Positions 42,401 through 57,200 of a stretch of DNA of 64,000 bases are shown piece after piece. The first letter of the stretch is position 1. Each line of letters opens with the position of its first letter. A model generated the notes under the pieces. That model ran no database searches and had not been told where the DNA came from. It worked only from the letters and a program-made list of their open reading frames with translations. This DNA is from Bugula neritina (taxonomy: Eukaryota; Animalia; Bryozoa): NCBI GenBank assembly GCA_964035545.1, contig CAXIUT010000126.1, positions 248,001-312,000 on the forward strand, in the 5' to 3' direction. The position numbers were made by a program, and so were the translations under genes.

Positions 42401-45400
42401 TTGCAGTTATTTTCAATGTGTTACAGTATGTTGCAGTATATTTCAATGTGTTGCAGTGTATTTCAATATGTTCTTGTGTTTTGCAGTGTATTTCAGTTTG
42501 TTACAGTGTATTTCAGTATGTTGCAGTATGTTGCAGTATGTTTCAATATGTTTCAGTGTATTTCAGCATGTTGCAGTATATTTCAGTGAGTTGCAGTGTA
42601 TTTCAGTGTGCTACAGCATATTTCAGTATGTTACAGTATATTGCAATGTGTCGCAGTATATTTCAGTATGTTGCAATATTTTTCAATGTGTTACAGTATA
42701 TTTCATTAGTTTACCATATATTTCGGTGTGTTGCAGTATATTTCAATGTGTTGCAGTGTATTTCAATATGTTGTAGTATGTTGCAGTGTATTTCAGTATG
42801 TTACAGTGTATTTCAGTATGTTGCAGTATATTTCAGTATGTTACAGTGTATTTCAGTATGTTGCAGTATATTTCAGTGTGTTACAGTGTATTTCAGTATG
42901 TTGTAGTATATTTCAGTGTGTTACAGTATATTTCAGTATGTTGCAGTATTTTTCAATGTGTTGCAGTGTATTTCAATATGTTACAGCGTATTTCAGTATG
43001 TTGCAGTGTATTTCAGTATGTAGCAGGGTATTTCAGTATGTTGCAGTGCATTTCAGTATGCTACAGCATATTTCAGTATGTTGCAGTATATTACAATGTG
43101 TCGCAGTATATTTCAGTATGTTACTGTATATTTCAATGTGTTACAGTATATTTCAGTAGTTTACCATACATTTCGGTACGTTGCAGTATATTTCAATGTG
43201 TTGCAGTGTATTTCAGTATTTTGCAGTATTTTTCAATGTGTTACAGTGTATTTCGGTATATTACCGTATATTTAAGTATGTCGCAGTATATTTCAGTATG
43301 TTGCCGTATGTTTCAGTGTGTTGCAGTATATTTCATTTAGTTGCAGTGTATTTCAATTTGTTCCAGTGTATGTCAGTATAATGCAGTATGTTGCAGTGTG
43401 TTTCAGTATGTTACAGTGTATTTCAGTATGTTGCAGTATCTTGCAGTACATTTCAGTATGTTTTAGTATGTAGCAGTGTATTTCAGTATGTTGCAGTATA
43501 TTTCAGTATGTTGCAGTATATTTCAGTGTGTTACTGTTTTTTCCAGTATGTTACAACACATTTCCGTATATTAAACTATATTTCAGCGAGTTACAGTATA
43601 TTTCAATGTGTTGCAGTGTATTGCAATATGTTACAGCGTATTTCGGTATGTTGCAGTGTGTTGCAGTGTAATTCAGTATATTACATTGTATTTCAGTGTG
43701 TTGCAGTTCATTTCAATATGTAGCAGGGTATTTCAGTATAGTGCAGTGTATTTCAGTATGCCACAGCATATTTCAGTATGTTGCAGTATATTGCAATGTG
43801 TCGCAGTATATTTCAGTATGTTGCTGTATATTTCAATGTGTTGCAGTGTATATCAATATGTTACAGTGTATTTGAGCATGTTGTAGTATTTTGCGGCGTA
43901 TTTCAGTATGTTGCAGTATCTTGCAGTATATTTCAGCATGTTGCAGTTGTTTTCAATGTGTTACAGTATGTTTCAGTATATTACCGTATATTTAGGTATG
44001 TTGCAATATATTTCAATGTGTTGCAGTGTATTTCAATATGTTCTAGTGTTTTGCAGTGTATTTCAGTTTGTTACAGTGTATTTCAGTATGTTGCAGTTTG
44101 TTGCAGTATGTTTCCATATGTTACAGTGTATTTCAGCATGTTGCAGTATATTTCAGTGAGTTGCAGTGTATTTCAGTGTGCTACAGCATATTTCAGTATG
44201 TTACAGTATATTGCAATGTGTCGCAGTATATTTCAGTATGTTGCAGTATTTTTCAATGTGTTACAGTATATTTCATTAGTTTACCATATATTTCGGTGTG
44301 TTGCAGTATATTTCAATGTGTTGCAGTGTATTTCAATATGTTACAGTGTATTTCAGCATGTTGTAGTTTTTTGCAGAATATTTCAGTGTGTTGCAGTGTA
44401 CTTTAGTATTTTGCAGTATTTTTCAATGTGTTACAGTATATTTCGGTATATTACCGTATATTTAAGTATGTCGCAGTATATTTCAGTATGTTGCCGTATG
44501 TTTCAGTGTGTTGCAGTATATTTCATTTAGTTGCAGTGTATTTCAATTTGTTCCAGTGTATGTCAGTATAATGCAGTATGTTGCAGTGTGTTTCAGTATG
44601 TTACAGTGTATTTCAGTATGTTGCAGTATCTTGCAGTACATTTCAGTATGTTTTAGTATGTAGCAGTGTATTTCAGTATGTTGCAGTATATTTCAGTATG
44701 TTGCAGTATATTTCAGTGTGTTACTGTTTTTTCCAGTATGTTACAACACATTTCCGTATATTAAACTATATTTCAGCGAGTTACAGTATATTTCAATGTG
44801 TTGCAGTGTATTGCAATATGTTACAGCGTATTTCGGTATGTTGCAGTGTGTTGCAGTGTAATTCAGTATATTACATTGTATTTCAGTGTGTTGCAGTTCA
44901 TTTCAATATGTAGCAGGGTATTTCAGTATAGTGCAGTGTATTTCAGTATGCCACAGCATATTTCAGTATGTTGCAGTATATTGCAATGTGTCGCAGTATA
45001 TTTCAGTATGTTGCTGTATATTTCAATGTGTTGCAGTGTATATCAATATGTTACAGTGTATTTGAGCATGTTGTAGTATTTTGCGGCGTATTTCAGTATG
45101 TTGCAGTATCTTGCAGTATATTTCAGCATGTTGCAGTTATTTTCAATGTGTTACAGTATGTTTCAGTATATTACCGTATATTTAGGTATGTTGCAGTATA
45201 TTTCAATGTGTTGCAGTGTATTTCAATATGTTCTAGTGTTTTGCAGTGTATTTCAGTTTGTTACAGTGTATTTCAGTATGTTGCAGTATGTTGCAGTATG
45301 TTTCCATATGTTACAGTGTATTTCAGCATGTTGCAGTATATTTCAGTGAGTTGCAGTGTATTTCAGTGTGCTACAGCATATTTCAGTATGTTACAGTATA

Positions 45401-48400
45401 TTGCAATGTGTCGCAGTATATTTCAGTATGTTGCAGTATTTTTCAATGTGTTACAGTATATTTCATTAGTTTACCATATATTTCGGTGTGTTGCAGTATA
45501 TTTCAATGTGTTGCAGTGTATTTCAATATGTTACAGTGTATTTCAGCATGTTGTAGTTTTTTGCAGAATATTTTAGTGTGTTGCAGTGTACTTTAGTATT
45601 TTGCAGTATTTTTCAATGTGTTACAGTATATTTCGGTATATTACCGTATATTTAGGTATGTTTCAGTATATTTCAATCTGTTGCAGTGTATTTCAATATG
45701 TTGTAGTATGTTGCAGTGTATTTCAGTATGTTACAGTGTATTTCAGTATGTTGCAGTATATTTCAGTATGTTACAGTGTATTTCAGTATGTTGCAGTATA
45801 TTTCAGTGTGTTACAGTGTATTTCAGTATGTTGTAGTATATTTCAGTGTGTTACAGTATATTTCAGTATGTTGCAGTATTTTTCAATGTGTTGCAGTGTA
45901 TTTCAATATGTTACAGCGTATTTCAGTATGTTGCAGTGTATTTCAGTATGTAGCAGGGTATTTCAGTATGTTGCAGTGCATTTCAGTATGCTACAGCATA
46001 TTTCAGTATGTTGCAGTATATTGCAATGTGTCGCAGTATATTTCAGTATGTTGCTGTATATTTCAATGTGTTACAGTATATTTCAGTAGTTTATCATACA
46101 TTTCGGTACGTTGCAGTATATTTCAATGTGTTGCAGTGTATTTCAATATGTTACAGTGTATTTCAGTATGTTGTAGTATTTTGCCGCGTATTTCAGTATG
46201 TTGCAGTATGTTGCAGTGTATTTCAGTATGTTGCAGTATTTTTCAATGTGTTACCGTATATTTCAGTATATTACCATATATTTAGGTATTTTGCAGTATA
46301 TTTCAATGTGTTGCAGTGTATTTCAATATGTTCTAGTAATTTGTGGTGTATTTCAGTATGTTACAGTGTATTTCAGTATGTTGCAGTATGTTTCAATATG
46401 TTACAGTGTATTTCAGTATTTTGCAGTATATTTCAGTGAGTTGCAGTGTATTTCAGTGTGCTACAGCATATTTCAGTATGTTGCAGTATATTGCAATGTG
46501 TCGCAGTATGTTGCAGTATTTTTCAATGTGTTACAGTATATTTCAGTAGTTTACCATATATTTCGGTATGTTGCAGTATATTTCAATGTGTTGCAGTGTA
46601 TATCAATATGTTACAGTGTATTTGAGCATGTTGTAGTATTTTGCAGTGTATTTCAGTATGTTACAGTGTATTTCAGTATGTTGCAGTATGTTTCAATATG
46701 TTACAGTGTATTTCAGTATTTTGCAGTATATTTCAGTGAGTTGCAGTGTATTTCAGTGTGCTACAGCATATTTCAGTATGTTACAGTATATTGCAATGTG
46801 TCGCAGTGTATTTCAGTATGTTGCAGTATTTTTCAAGGTGTTACAGTATATTTCAGTAGTTTACCATATATTTCGGTATGTTGCAGTATATTTCAATGTG
46901 TTGCAGTGTATATCAATATGTTACAGTGTATTTGAGCATGTTGTAGTATTTTGCAGTGTATTTCAGTGTGTTGCAGTGTATTTCAGTATTTTGCAGTATT
47001 TTTTAAATGTGTTACAGTGTATTTCGGTATATTACCGTATATTTAGGTATGTCGCAGTATATTTCAGTATGTTGCCGTATGTTTCAGTGTGTTGCAGTAT
47101 ATTTCATTTAGTTGCAGTGTATTTCAATTTGTTCCAGTGTATGTCAGTATAATGCAGTATGTTGCAGTGTGTTTCAGTATGTTACAGTGTATTTCAGTAT
47201 GTTGCAGTATCTTGCAGTACATTTCAGTATGTTTTAGTATGTAGCAGTGTATTTCAGTATGTTGCAATATATTTCAGTATGTTGCAGTATATTTCAGTGT
47301 GTTACTGTTTTTTCCAGTATGTTACAACACATTTCCGTATATTAAACTATATTTCAGCGAGTTACAGTATATTTCAATGTGTTGCAGTGTATTGCAATAT
47401 GTTACAGCGTATTTCGGTATGTTGCAGTGTGTTGCAGTGTAATTCAGTATATTACATTGTATTTCAGTGTGTTGCAGTTCATTTCAATATGTAGCAGGGT
47501 ATTTCAGTATAGTGCAGTGTATTTCAGTATGCTACAGCATATTTCAGTATGTTGCAGTATATTGCAATGTGTCGCAGTATATTTCAGTATGTTGCAGTAC
47601 GTTGCAGTATGTTTCAATATGTTACGGTGTATTTCAGTATGTTGCAGTATTTTTCAATGTGTTAAAGTGTATTTCAGTAGTTTACCATATATTTCGGTAT
47701 GTTGCAGTATATTTCAATGTGTTGCAGTGTATTTCAATATGTTACAGCGTATTTCAGTATGGTGCAGTGTATTTCAGTATGCAGCAGGGTATTTCAGTAT
47801 GTTGCAGTGCATTTCGGTATGCTACAGCATATTTCAGTATGTTGCAGTATATTGCAATGTGTCGCAGTATATTTCAGTATGTTGCTGTATATTTCAATGT
47901 GTTGCAGTATATTTCAGTATGTAGCAGTGTATTTCAGTATGTTGCAGTATATTTCAGTGAGTTGCAGTAAATTTCAGTGTGCTACAACATATTTCAGTGT
48001 GTTACAGTATATTGCAATGTGTCGCAGTATATTTCAGTATGTTGCAGTATTGTTCAATGTGTTACAGTATATTTCGGTAGTTTACCATACATTTCAGGAC
48101 GTCGCAGTATATTTCAATGTGTTGCAGTGTATTTCAATATGTTACAGTGTATTTCAGTATGTTGTAGTATTTTGCGGCGTATTTCAGTATGTTGCAGTAT
48201 CTTGCAGTATATTTCAGCATGTTGCAGTTATTTTCAATGTGTTACAGTATGTTGCAGTATATTTCAATGTGTTGCAGTGTATTTCAATATGTTCTTGTGT
48301 TTTGCAGTGTATTTCAGTTTGTTACAGTGTATTTCAGTATGTTGCAGTATGTTGCAGTATGTTTCAATATGTTACGGTGTATTTCAGTATGTTGCAGTAT

Positions 48401-51220
48401 ATTTCAGTGAGTTGCAGTGTATTTCAGTGTGCTACAGCATATTTCAGTATGTTACAGTATATTGCAATCTGTCGCAGTATATTTCAGTATGTTGCAATAT
48501 TTTTCAATGTGTTACAGTATATTTCATTAGTTTACCATATATTTCGGTGTGTTGCAGTATATTTCAATGTGTTGCAGTGTATTTCAATATGTTGTAGTAT
48601 GTTGCAGTGTATTTCAGTATGTTACAGTGTATTTCAGTATGTTGCAGTATATTTCAGTATGTTACAGTGTATTTCAGTATGTTGCAGTATATTTCAGTGT
48701 GTTACAGTGTATTTCAGTATGTTGTAGTATATTTCAGTGTGTTACAGTATATTTCAGTATGTTGCAGTATTTTTCAATGTGTTGCAGTGTATTTCAATAT
48801 GTTACAGCGTATTTCAGTATGTTGCAGTGTATTTCAGTATGTAGCAGGGTATTTCAGTATGTTGCAGTGCATTTCAGTATGCTACAGCATATTTCAGTAT
48901 GTTGCAGTATATTACAAGGTGTCGCAGTATATTTCAGTATGTTGCTGTATATTTCAATGTGTTACAGTATATTTCAGTAGTTTACCATACATTTCGGTAC
49001 GTTGCAGTATATTTCAATGTGTTGCAGTGTATTTCAGTATTTTGCAGTATTTTTCAATGTGTTACAGTGTATTTCGGTATATTACCGTATATTTAAGTAT
49101 GTCGCAGTATATTTCAGTATGTTGCCGTATGTTTCAGTGTGTTGCAGTATATTTCATTTAGTTGCAGTGTATTTCAATTTGTTCCAGTGTATGTCAGTAT
49201 AATGCAGTATGTTGCAGTGTGTTTCAGTATGTTACAGTGTATTTCAGTATGTTGCAGTATCTTGCAGTACATTTCAGTATGTTTTAGTATGTAGCAGTGT
49301 ATTTCAGTATGTTGCAGTATATTTCAGTATGTTGCAGTATATTTCAGTGTGTTACTGTTTTTTCCAGTATGTTACAACACATTTCCGTATATTAAACTAT
49401 ATTTCAGCGAGTTACAGTATATTTCAATGTGTTGCAGTGTATTGCAATATGTTACAGCGTATTTCGGTATGTTGCAGTGTGTTGCAGTGTAATTCAGTAT
49501 ATTACATTGTATTTCAGTGTGTTGCAGTTCATTTCAATATGTAGCAGGGTATTTCAGTATAGTGCAGTGTATTTCAGTATGCCACAGCATATTTCAGTAT
49601 GTTGCAGTATATTGCAATGTGTCGCAGTATATTTCAGTATGTTGCTGTATATTTCAATGTGTTGCAGTGTATATCAATATGTTACAGTGTATTTGAGCAT
49701 GTTGTAGTATTTTGCGGCGTATTTCAGTATGTTGCAGTATCTTGCAGTATATTTCAGCATGTTGCAGTTATTTTCAATGTGTTACAGTATGTTTCAGTAT
49801 ATTACCGTATATTTAGGTATGTTGCAGTATATTTCAATGTGTTGCAGTGTATTTCAATATGTTCTAGTGTTTTGCAGTGTACTTCAGTTTGTTACAGTGT
49901 ATTTCAGTATGTTGCAGTATGTTGCAGTATGTTTCCATATGTTACAGTGTATTTCAGCATGTTGCAGTATATTTCAGTGAGTTGCAGTGTATTTCAGTGT
50001 GCTACAGCATATTTCAGTATGTTACAGTATATTGCAATGTGTCGCAGTATATTTCAGTATGTTGCAGTATTTTTCAATGTGTTACAGTATATTTCATTAG
50101 TTTACCATATATTTCGGTGTGTTGCAGTATATTTCAATGTGTTGCAGTGTATTTCAATATGTTACAGTGTATTTCAGCATGTTGTAGTTTTTTGCGGAAT
50201 ATTTCAGTGTGTTGCAGTGTACTTTAGTATTTTGCAGTATTTTTCAATGTGTTACAGTATATTTCGGTATATTACCGTATATTTAGGTATGTTTCAGTAT
50301 ATTTCAATCTGTTGCAGTGTATTTCAATATGTTGTAGTATGTTGCAGTGTATTTCAGTATGTTACAGTGTATTTCAGTATGTTGCAGTATATTTCAGTAT
50401 GTTACAGTGTATTTCAGTATGTTGCAGTATATTTCAGTGTGTTACAGTGTATTTCAGTATGTTGTAGTATATTTCAGTGTGTTACAGTATATTTCAGTAT
50501 GTTGCAGTATTTTTCAATGTGTTGCAGTGTATTTCAATATGTTACAGCGTATTTCAGTATGTTGCAGTGTATTTCAGTATGTAGCAGGGTATTTCAGTAT
50601 GTTGCAGTGCATTTCAGTATGCTACAGCATATTTCAGTATGTTGCAGTATATTGCAATGTGTCGCAGTATATTTCAGTATGTTGCTGTATATTTCAATGT
50701 GTTACAGTATATTTCAGTAGTTTATCATACATTTCGGTACGTTGCAGTATATTTCAATGTGTTGCAGTGTATTTCAATATGTTACAGTGTATTTCAGTAT
50801 GTTGTAGTATTTTGCCGCGTATTTCAGTATGTTGCAGTATCTTGCAGTGTATTTCAGTATGTTGCAGTATTCTTCAATGTGTTACCGTATATTTCAGTAT
50901 ATTACCATATATTTAGGTATGTTGCAGTATATTTCAATGTGTTGCAGTGTATTTCAATATGTTCTAGTAATTTGTGGTGTATTTCAGTATGTTACAGTGT
51001 ATTTCAGTATGTTGCAGTATGTTTCAATATGTTACAGTGTATTTCAGTATTTTGCCGTATATTTCAGTGAGTTGCAGTGTATTTCAGTGTGCTACAGCAT
51101 ATTTCAGTATGTTGCAGTATATTGCAATGTGTCGCAGTATGTTGCAGTATTTTTCAATGTGTTACAGTATATTTCAGTAGTTTACCATATATTTCGGTAT
51201 GTTGCAGTATATTTCAATGT

Positions 51221-51245
51221 GTTGCAGTGTAAAATATACTGCAAC
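51221..51245. other. Inversion junction of the satellite array (T-rich strands converge)
   Basis: The sequence reads ...GTTGCAGTGTA|AAATATACTGCAAC..., with the switch at about 51231/51232 and no intervening foreign DNA. Confidence 0.95.
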
Positions 51246-54200
51246 ATACTGAAATACACTGCTACATACTGAAATATACTGCAACACATTGAAATATACA
51301 GCAACATACTGAAATATACTGCGACACATTGCAATATACTGCAACATACTGAAATATGCTGTAGCATACCGAAATGCACTGCAACATACTGAAATACCCT
51401 GCTGCATACTGAAATACACTGCACCATACTGAAATACGCTGTAACATATTGAAATACACTGCAACACATTGAAATATACTGCAACATACCGAAATATATG
51501 GTAAACTACTGAAATACACTTTAACACATTGAAAAATACTGCAACATACTGAAATATACTGTAACACACTGAAATATACTACAACATACTGAAATACACT
51601 GTAACACACTGAAATATACTGCAACATACTGAAATACACTGTAACATACTGAAATATACTGCAACATACTGAAATACACTGTAACATACTGAAATACACT
51701 GCAACATACTACAACATATTGAAATACACTGCAACAGATTGAAATATACTGAAACATACCTAAATATACGGTAATATACCGAAAAATACTGTAACATATT
51801 GAAACATACTGCAATATACTGAAATACACTGTAACATACTGAAATACACTGCAAATTACTAGAACATATTGAAATACACTGCAACACATTGAAACATACT
51901 GCAACATACCTAAATATATGGTAATATACTGAAAAACACTGTAACACATTGAAATATACAGCAACATACTGAAATATACTGCGACACATTGCGATATACT
52001 GCAACATACTGAAATATGCTGTAGCATACTGAAATGCACTGCAACATACTGAAATACCCTGCTACATACTGAAATAAACTGCAACATACTGAAATACAAT
52101 GTAATATACTGAACTACACTGCAACATACTGCAACATACTGGAATATGCTGTAACATATTGAAATACACTGCAACACATTGAAATATACTGCAAGTCGCT
52201 GAAATATAGTGTAATATACGGAAATGTACTGTAACATACTGGAGTAAACTGTAACACACTGAAATACACTGCAACATACTGAAATACACTGTAACTCACT
52301 GAAATATACTGCAACATACTGCAACATACTGAAATACACTGTAACATATTGAAATACACTGCAACACATTGAAATATACTGCTACATACCGAAATATATG
52401 GTAAACTACTGAAATACACTTTAACACATTGAAAAATACTGCAACATACTGAAGTATACTGTAACACACTGAAATATACTACAACATACTGAAATACACT
52501 GTAACACACTGAAATATACTGCAACATACTGGAATACACTGTAACATACTGAAATATACTGCAACATACTGAAATACACTGTAACATACTGAAATACACT
52601 GCAAAAAACTACAACATGCTAAAATACACTGCAACACATTGAAATATACTGCAACATACCGAAATATATGGTAAACTAATGAAATATACTGTAACACATT
52701 GAAAAACACTGCAACAAACTGAAATATACTGCGACAGATTGCAATATACTGTAACATACTGAAATATGCTGTAGCACACTGAAATACACTGCAACTCACT
52801 GAAATATACTGCAACATACTGAAATACACCGTAACATATTGAAACATACTGCAACGTACTGCAACATACTGAAATATACTGCGACACATTGCAATATACT
52901 GCAACATACTGAAATATGCTGTAGCATACTGAAATACACTGCACTATACTGAAATACCCTGCTACATATTGAAATGAACTGCAACACACTGAAATACAAT
53001 GTAATATACTGAATTACACTGCAACACACTGCAACATACCGAAATACGCTGTAACATATTGCAATACACTGCAACACATTGAAATATACTGTAACTCGCT
53101 GAAACATAGTTTAATATACGGAAATGTGTTGTAACATACTGGAAAAAACAGTAACACACTGAAATATACTGCAACATACTGAAATATACTGCAACATACT
53201 GAAATACACTGCTACATACTAAAACATACTGAAATGTACTGCAAGATACTGCAACATACTGAAATACACTGTAACATACTGAAACACACTGCAACATACT
53301 GCATTATACTGACATACACTGGAACAAATTGAAATACACTGCAACTAAATGAAATATACTGCAACACACTGAAACATACGGCAAAATACTGAAATATACT
53401 GCGACATACCTAAATATACGGTAATATACCGAAATACACTGTAACACATTGAAAAATACTGCAAAATACTGAAATACACTGCAACACACTGAAATACACT
53501 GCAAAATACTACAACATGCTCAAATACACTGTAACATATTGATATACACTGCAACACATTGAAATATACTGCAACATACCGAAATATATGGTAAACTACT
53601 GAAATATACTGTAACACCTTGAAAAATACTGCAACATACTGAAATACACTGCGACACATTGCAATATACTGTAACATACTGAAATATACTGTAGCACACT
53701 GAAATACACTGCAACTCACTGAAATATACTGCAAAACACTGAAATACACTGTAACATATTGAAACATACTGCAACATACTGAAATACACTGTAACATACT
53801 GAAATACACTGCAAAATACTACAACATGCTCAAATACACTGTAACATATTGATATACACTGCAACACATTGAAATATACTGCAACATACCGAAATATATG
53901 GTAAACTACTGAAATATACTGTAACACATTGAAAAATACTGCAACATACTGCGACACATTGCAATATTTTGCAACATACTGAAATATGCTGTAGCACACT
54001 GAAATACACTGCAACTCACTGAAATATACTGCAAAATACTGAAATACACTGTAACATATTGAAACATATTGCAACATACTGAAATACACTGTAACATACT
54101 GAAATACACCACAAATTACTAGAACATATTGAAATACACTGCAACACATTGAAATATACTGCAACATACCTAAATATATGGTAATATACTGAAATATACG

Positions 54201-57200
54201 GTAACACATTGAAAAATACTGCAACATACTGAAATACACTGCAAGATACTGCAACATACTGAAATACGCGGCAAAATACTACAACATACTGAAATACACT
54301 GTAACATATTGAAATACACTGCAACACATTGAAATATACTGCAACGTACCGAAATGTGTGGTAAACTACTGAAATATACTGTAACACATTGAAATATACA
54401 GCAACATACTGAAATATACTGCGACACATTGTAATATACTGCAACATACTGAAATATGCTGTAGCATACTGAAATGCACTGCAACATACTGAAATACCCT
54501 GCTACATACTGAAATACACTGCAACATACTGAAATACGCTGTAACATATTGAAATACACTGCAACACATTGAAAAATACTGCAACATACTGAAATATACT
54601 GTAACACACTGAAATATACTACAACATACTGAAATACACTGTAACACACTGAAATATACTGCAACATACTGAAATACACTGTAACATACTGAAATATACT
54701 GCAACATACTGAAATACACTGTAACATACTGAAATACACTGCAACATACTACAACATATTGAAATACACTGCAACACATTGAAATATACTGCAACACACC
54801 GAAATATATGGTAAACTAATGAAATATACTGTAACACATTGAAAAATACTGCAACATACTGAAATATACTGCGACACATTGCAATATACTGTAACATACT
54901 GAAATATGCTGTAGCACACTGAAATACACTGCAACTCACTGAAATATACTGCAACATGCTGAAATACACTGTAACATATTGAAACATACTGCAACATACT
55001 GCAACATACTGAAATACACTGTAACAAACTGAAATACACTGCAAAACACAAGAACATATTGAAATACACTGCAACACATTGAAATATACTGCAACATACT
55101 GTAACACATTGAAAATAACTGCAACATGCTGAAATATACTGCAAGATACTGCAACATACTGAAATACGCCGCAAAATACTACAACATACTGAAATACACT
55201 GTAACATATTGAAATACACTGCAACACATTGAAATATACTGCGACGTCCTGAAATGTATGGTAAACTACTGAAATATACTGTAACACATTGAACAATACT
55301 GCAACATACTGAAATATACTGCGACACATTGCAATATACTGTAACATACTGAAATATGCTGTAGCACACTGAAATACACTGCAACTCACTGAATTATACT
55401 GCAAAATACTGAAATACACTGTAACATATTGAAACATACTGCAACATACTGAAATACACTGTAACATACTGAAATACACTGCAAATTACTAGAACATATT
55501 GAAATACACTGCAACACATTGAAATATACTGCAACATACCTAAATATATGGTAATATACTGAAATATACGGTAACACATTGAAAAATACTGCAAAATACT
55601 GAAATACACTGCAAGATACTGCAACATACTGAAATACGCGGCAAAATACTACAACATACAGAAATACACTGTAACATATTGAAATACACTGCAACACATT
55701 GAAATATACTGCAACGTACCGAAGTGTATGGTAAACTACTGAAATATACTGTAACACATTGAAATATACAGCAACATACTGAAATATACTGCGACACATT
55801 GCAATATACTGCAACATACTGAAATATGCTGTAGCATACTGAAATGCACTGCAACATACTGAAATACCCTGCTACATACTGAAAAACACTGCAACATACT
55901 GAAATACGCTGTAACATATTGAAATACACTGCAACACACTGAAATATACTGCAACATACCGAAATATATGGTAAACTACTGAAATACACTTTAACACATT
56001 GAGAAATACTGCAACATACTGAAATATACTGTAACACACTGAAATATACTACAACATACTGAAATACACTGTAACACACTGAAATATACTGCAACATACT
56101 GAAATACACTGTAACATACTGAAATATACTGCAACATACTGAAATACACTGTAACATACTGAAATACACTGCAACATACTACAACATATTGAAATACACT
56201 GCAACAGATTGAAATATACTGAAACATACCTAAATACACGGTAATATACCGAAATATACTGTAACACATTGAAAAATACTGCAAAATACTGAAGTACACT
56301 GCAACACACTGAAATATTCTGCAAAAAACTACAACATGCTGAAATACACTGTAACATATTGAAATATACTGCAACATACCGAAATATATGGTAAACTAAT
56401 GAAATATACTGTAACACATTGAAAAACACTGCAACAAACTGAAATATACTGCGACAGATTGCAATATACTGTAACATACTGAAATATGCTGTAGCACACT
56501 GAAATACACTGCAACTCACTGAAATATACTGCAACATACTGAAATACACCGTAACATATTGAAACATACTGCAACGTACTGCAACATACTGAAATATACT
56601 GCGACACATTGCAATATACTGCAACATACTGAAATATGCTGTAGCATACTGAAATACACTGCACTATACTGAAATACCCTGCTACATATTGAAATGAACT
56701 GCAACACACTGAAATACAATGTAATATACTGAATTACACTGCAACACACTGCAACATACCGAAATACGCTGTAACATATTGCAATACACTGCAACACATT
56801 GAAATATACTGTAACTCGCTGAAATATAGTTTAATATACGGAAATGTGTTGTAACATACTGGAAAAAACAGTAACACACTGAAATATACTGCAACATACT
56901 GAAATATACTGCAACATACTGAAATACACTGCTACATACTAAAACATACTGAAATGTACTGCAAGATACTGCAACATACTGAAATACACTGTAACATACT
57001 GAAACACACTGCAACATACTGCATTATACTGACATACACTGGAACAAATTGAAATACACTGCAACTAAATGAAATATACTGCAACACACTGAAACATACG
57101 GCAACATACTGAAATATACTGCGACATACCTAAATATACGGTAATATACCGAAATACACTGTAACACATTGAAAAATACTGCAAAATACTGAAATACACT

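Larger units (their letters stand above)
32670..51230 (+). repeat. Tandem HOR of 5821 bp (4631-bp unit plus a 1190-bp internal duplication), about 3 copies; the period spanning the insert is 5958 bp
   Basis: ORF series 33839/39797/45618 (5958, 5821); 35920/41878/47699; 37430/38620 and 43388/44578 (1190); 32799/37430 and 45618/50249 (4631). 5958 = 5821 + 185 - 48. Confidence 0.88.
1..51231 (+). repeat. 10-bp satellite array, T-rich strand on + (20-bp dimer TTCARTRTGT-TRCAGTRTAT), interrupted once at ~39298-39476
   Basis: Nearly every 10-base block is a variant of ttcagtatgt, tgcagtatat, tacagtgtat or ttcaatgtgt. The 10-bp register is unchanged from 1 to ~14360 and shifts only at a few indels afterwards. 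Confidence 0.98.

Noticed and set aside
51641-51650. Resemblance of GTAACATACT to the Drosophila 10-bp Prod satellite AATAACATAG
   Set aside because: Only TAACATA is shared, in one AT-rich variant. This is too little to infer homology or host species.
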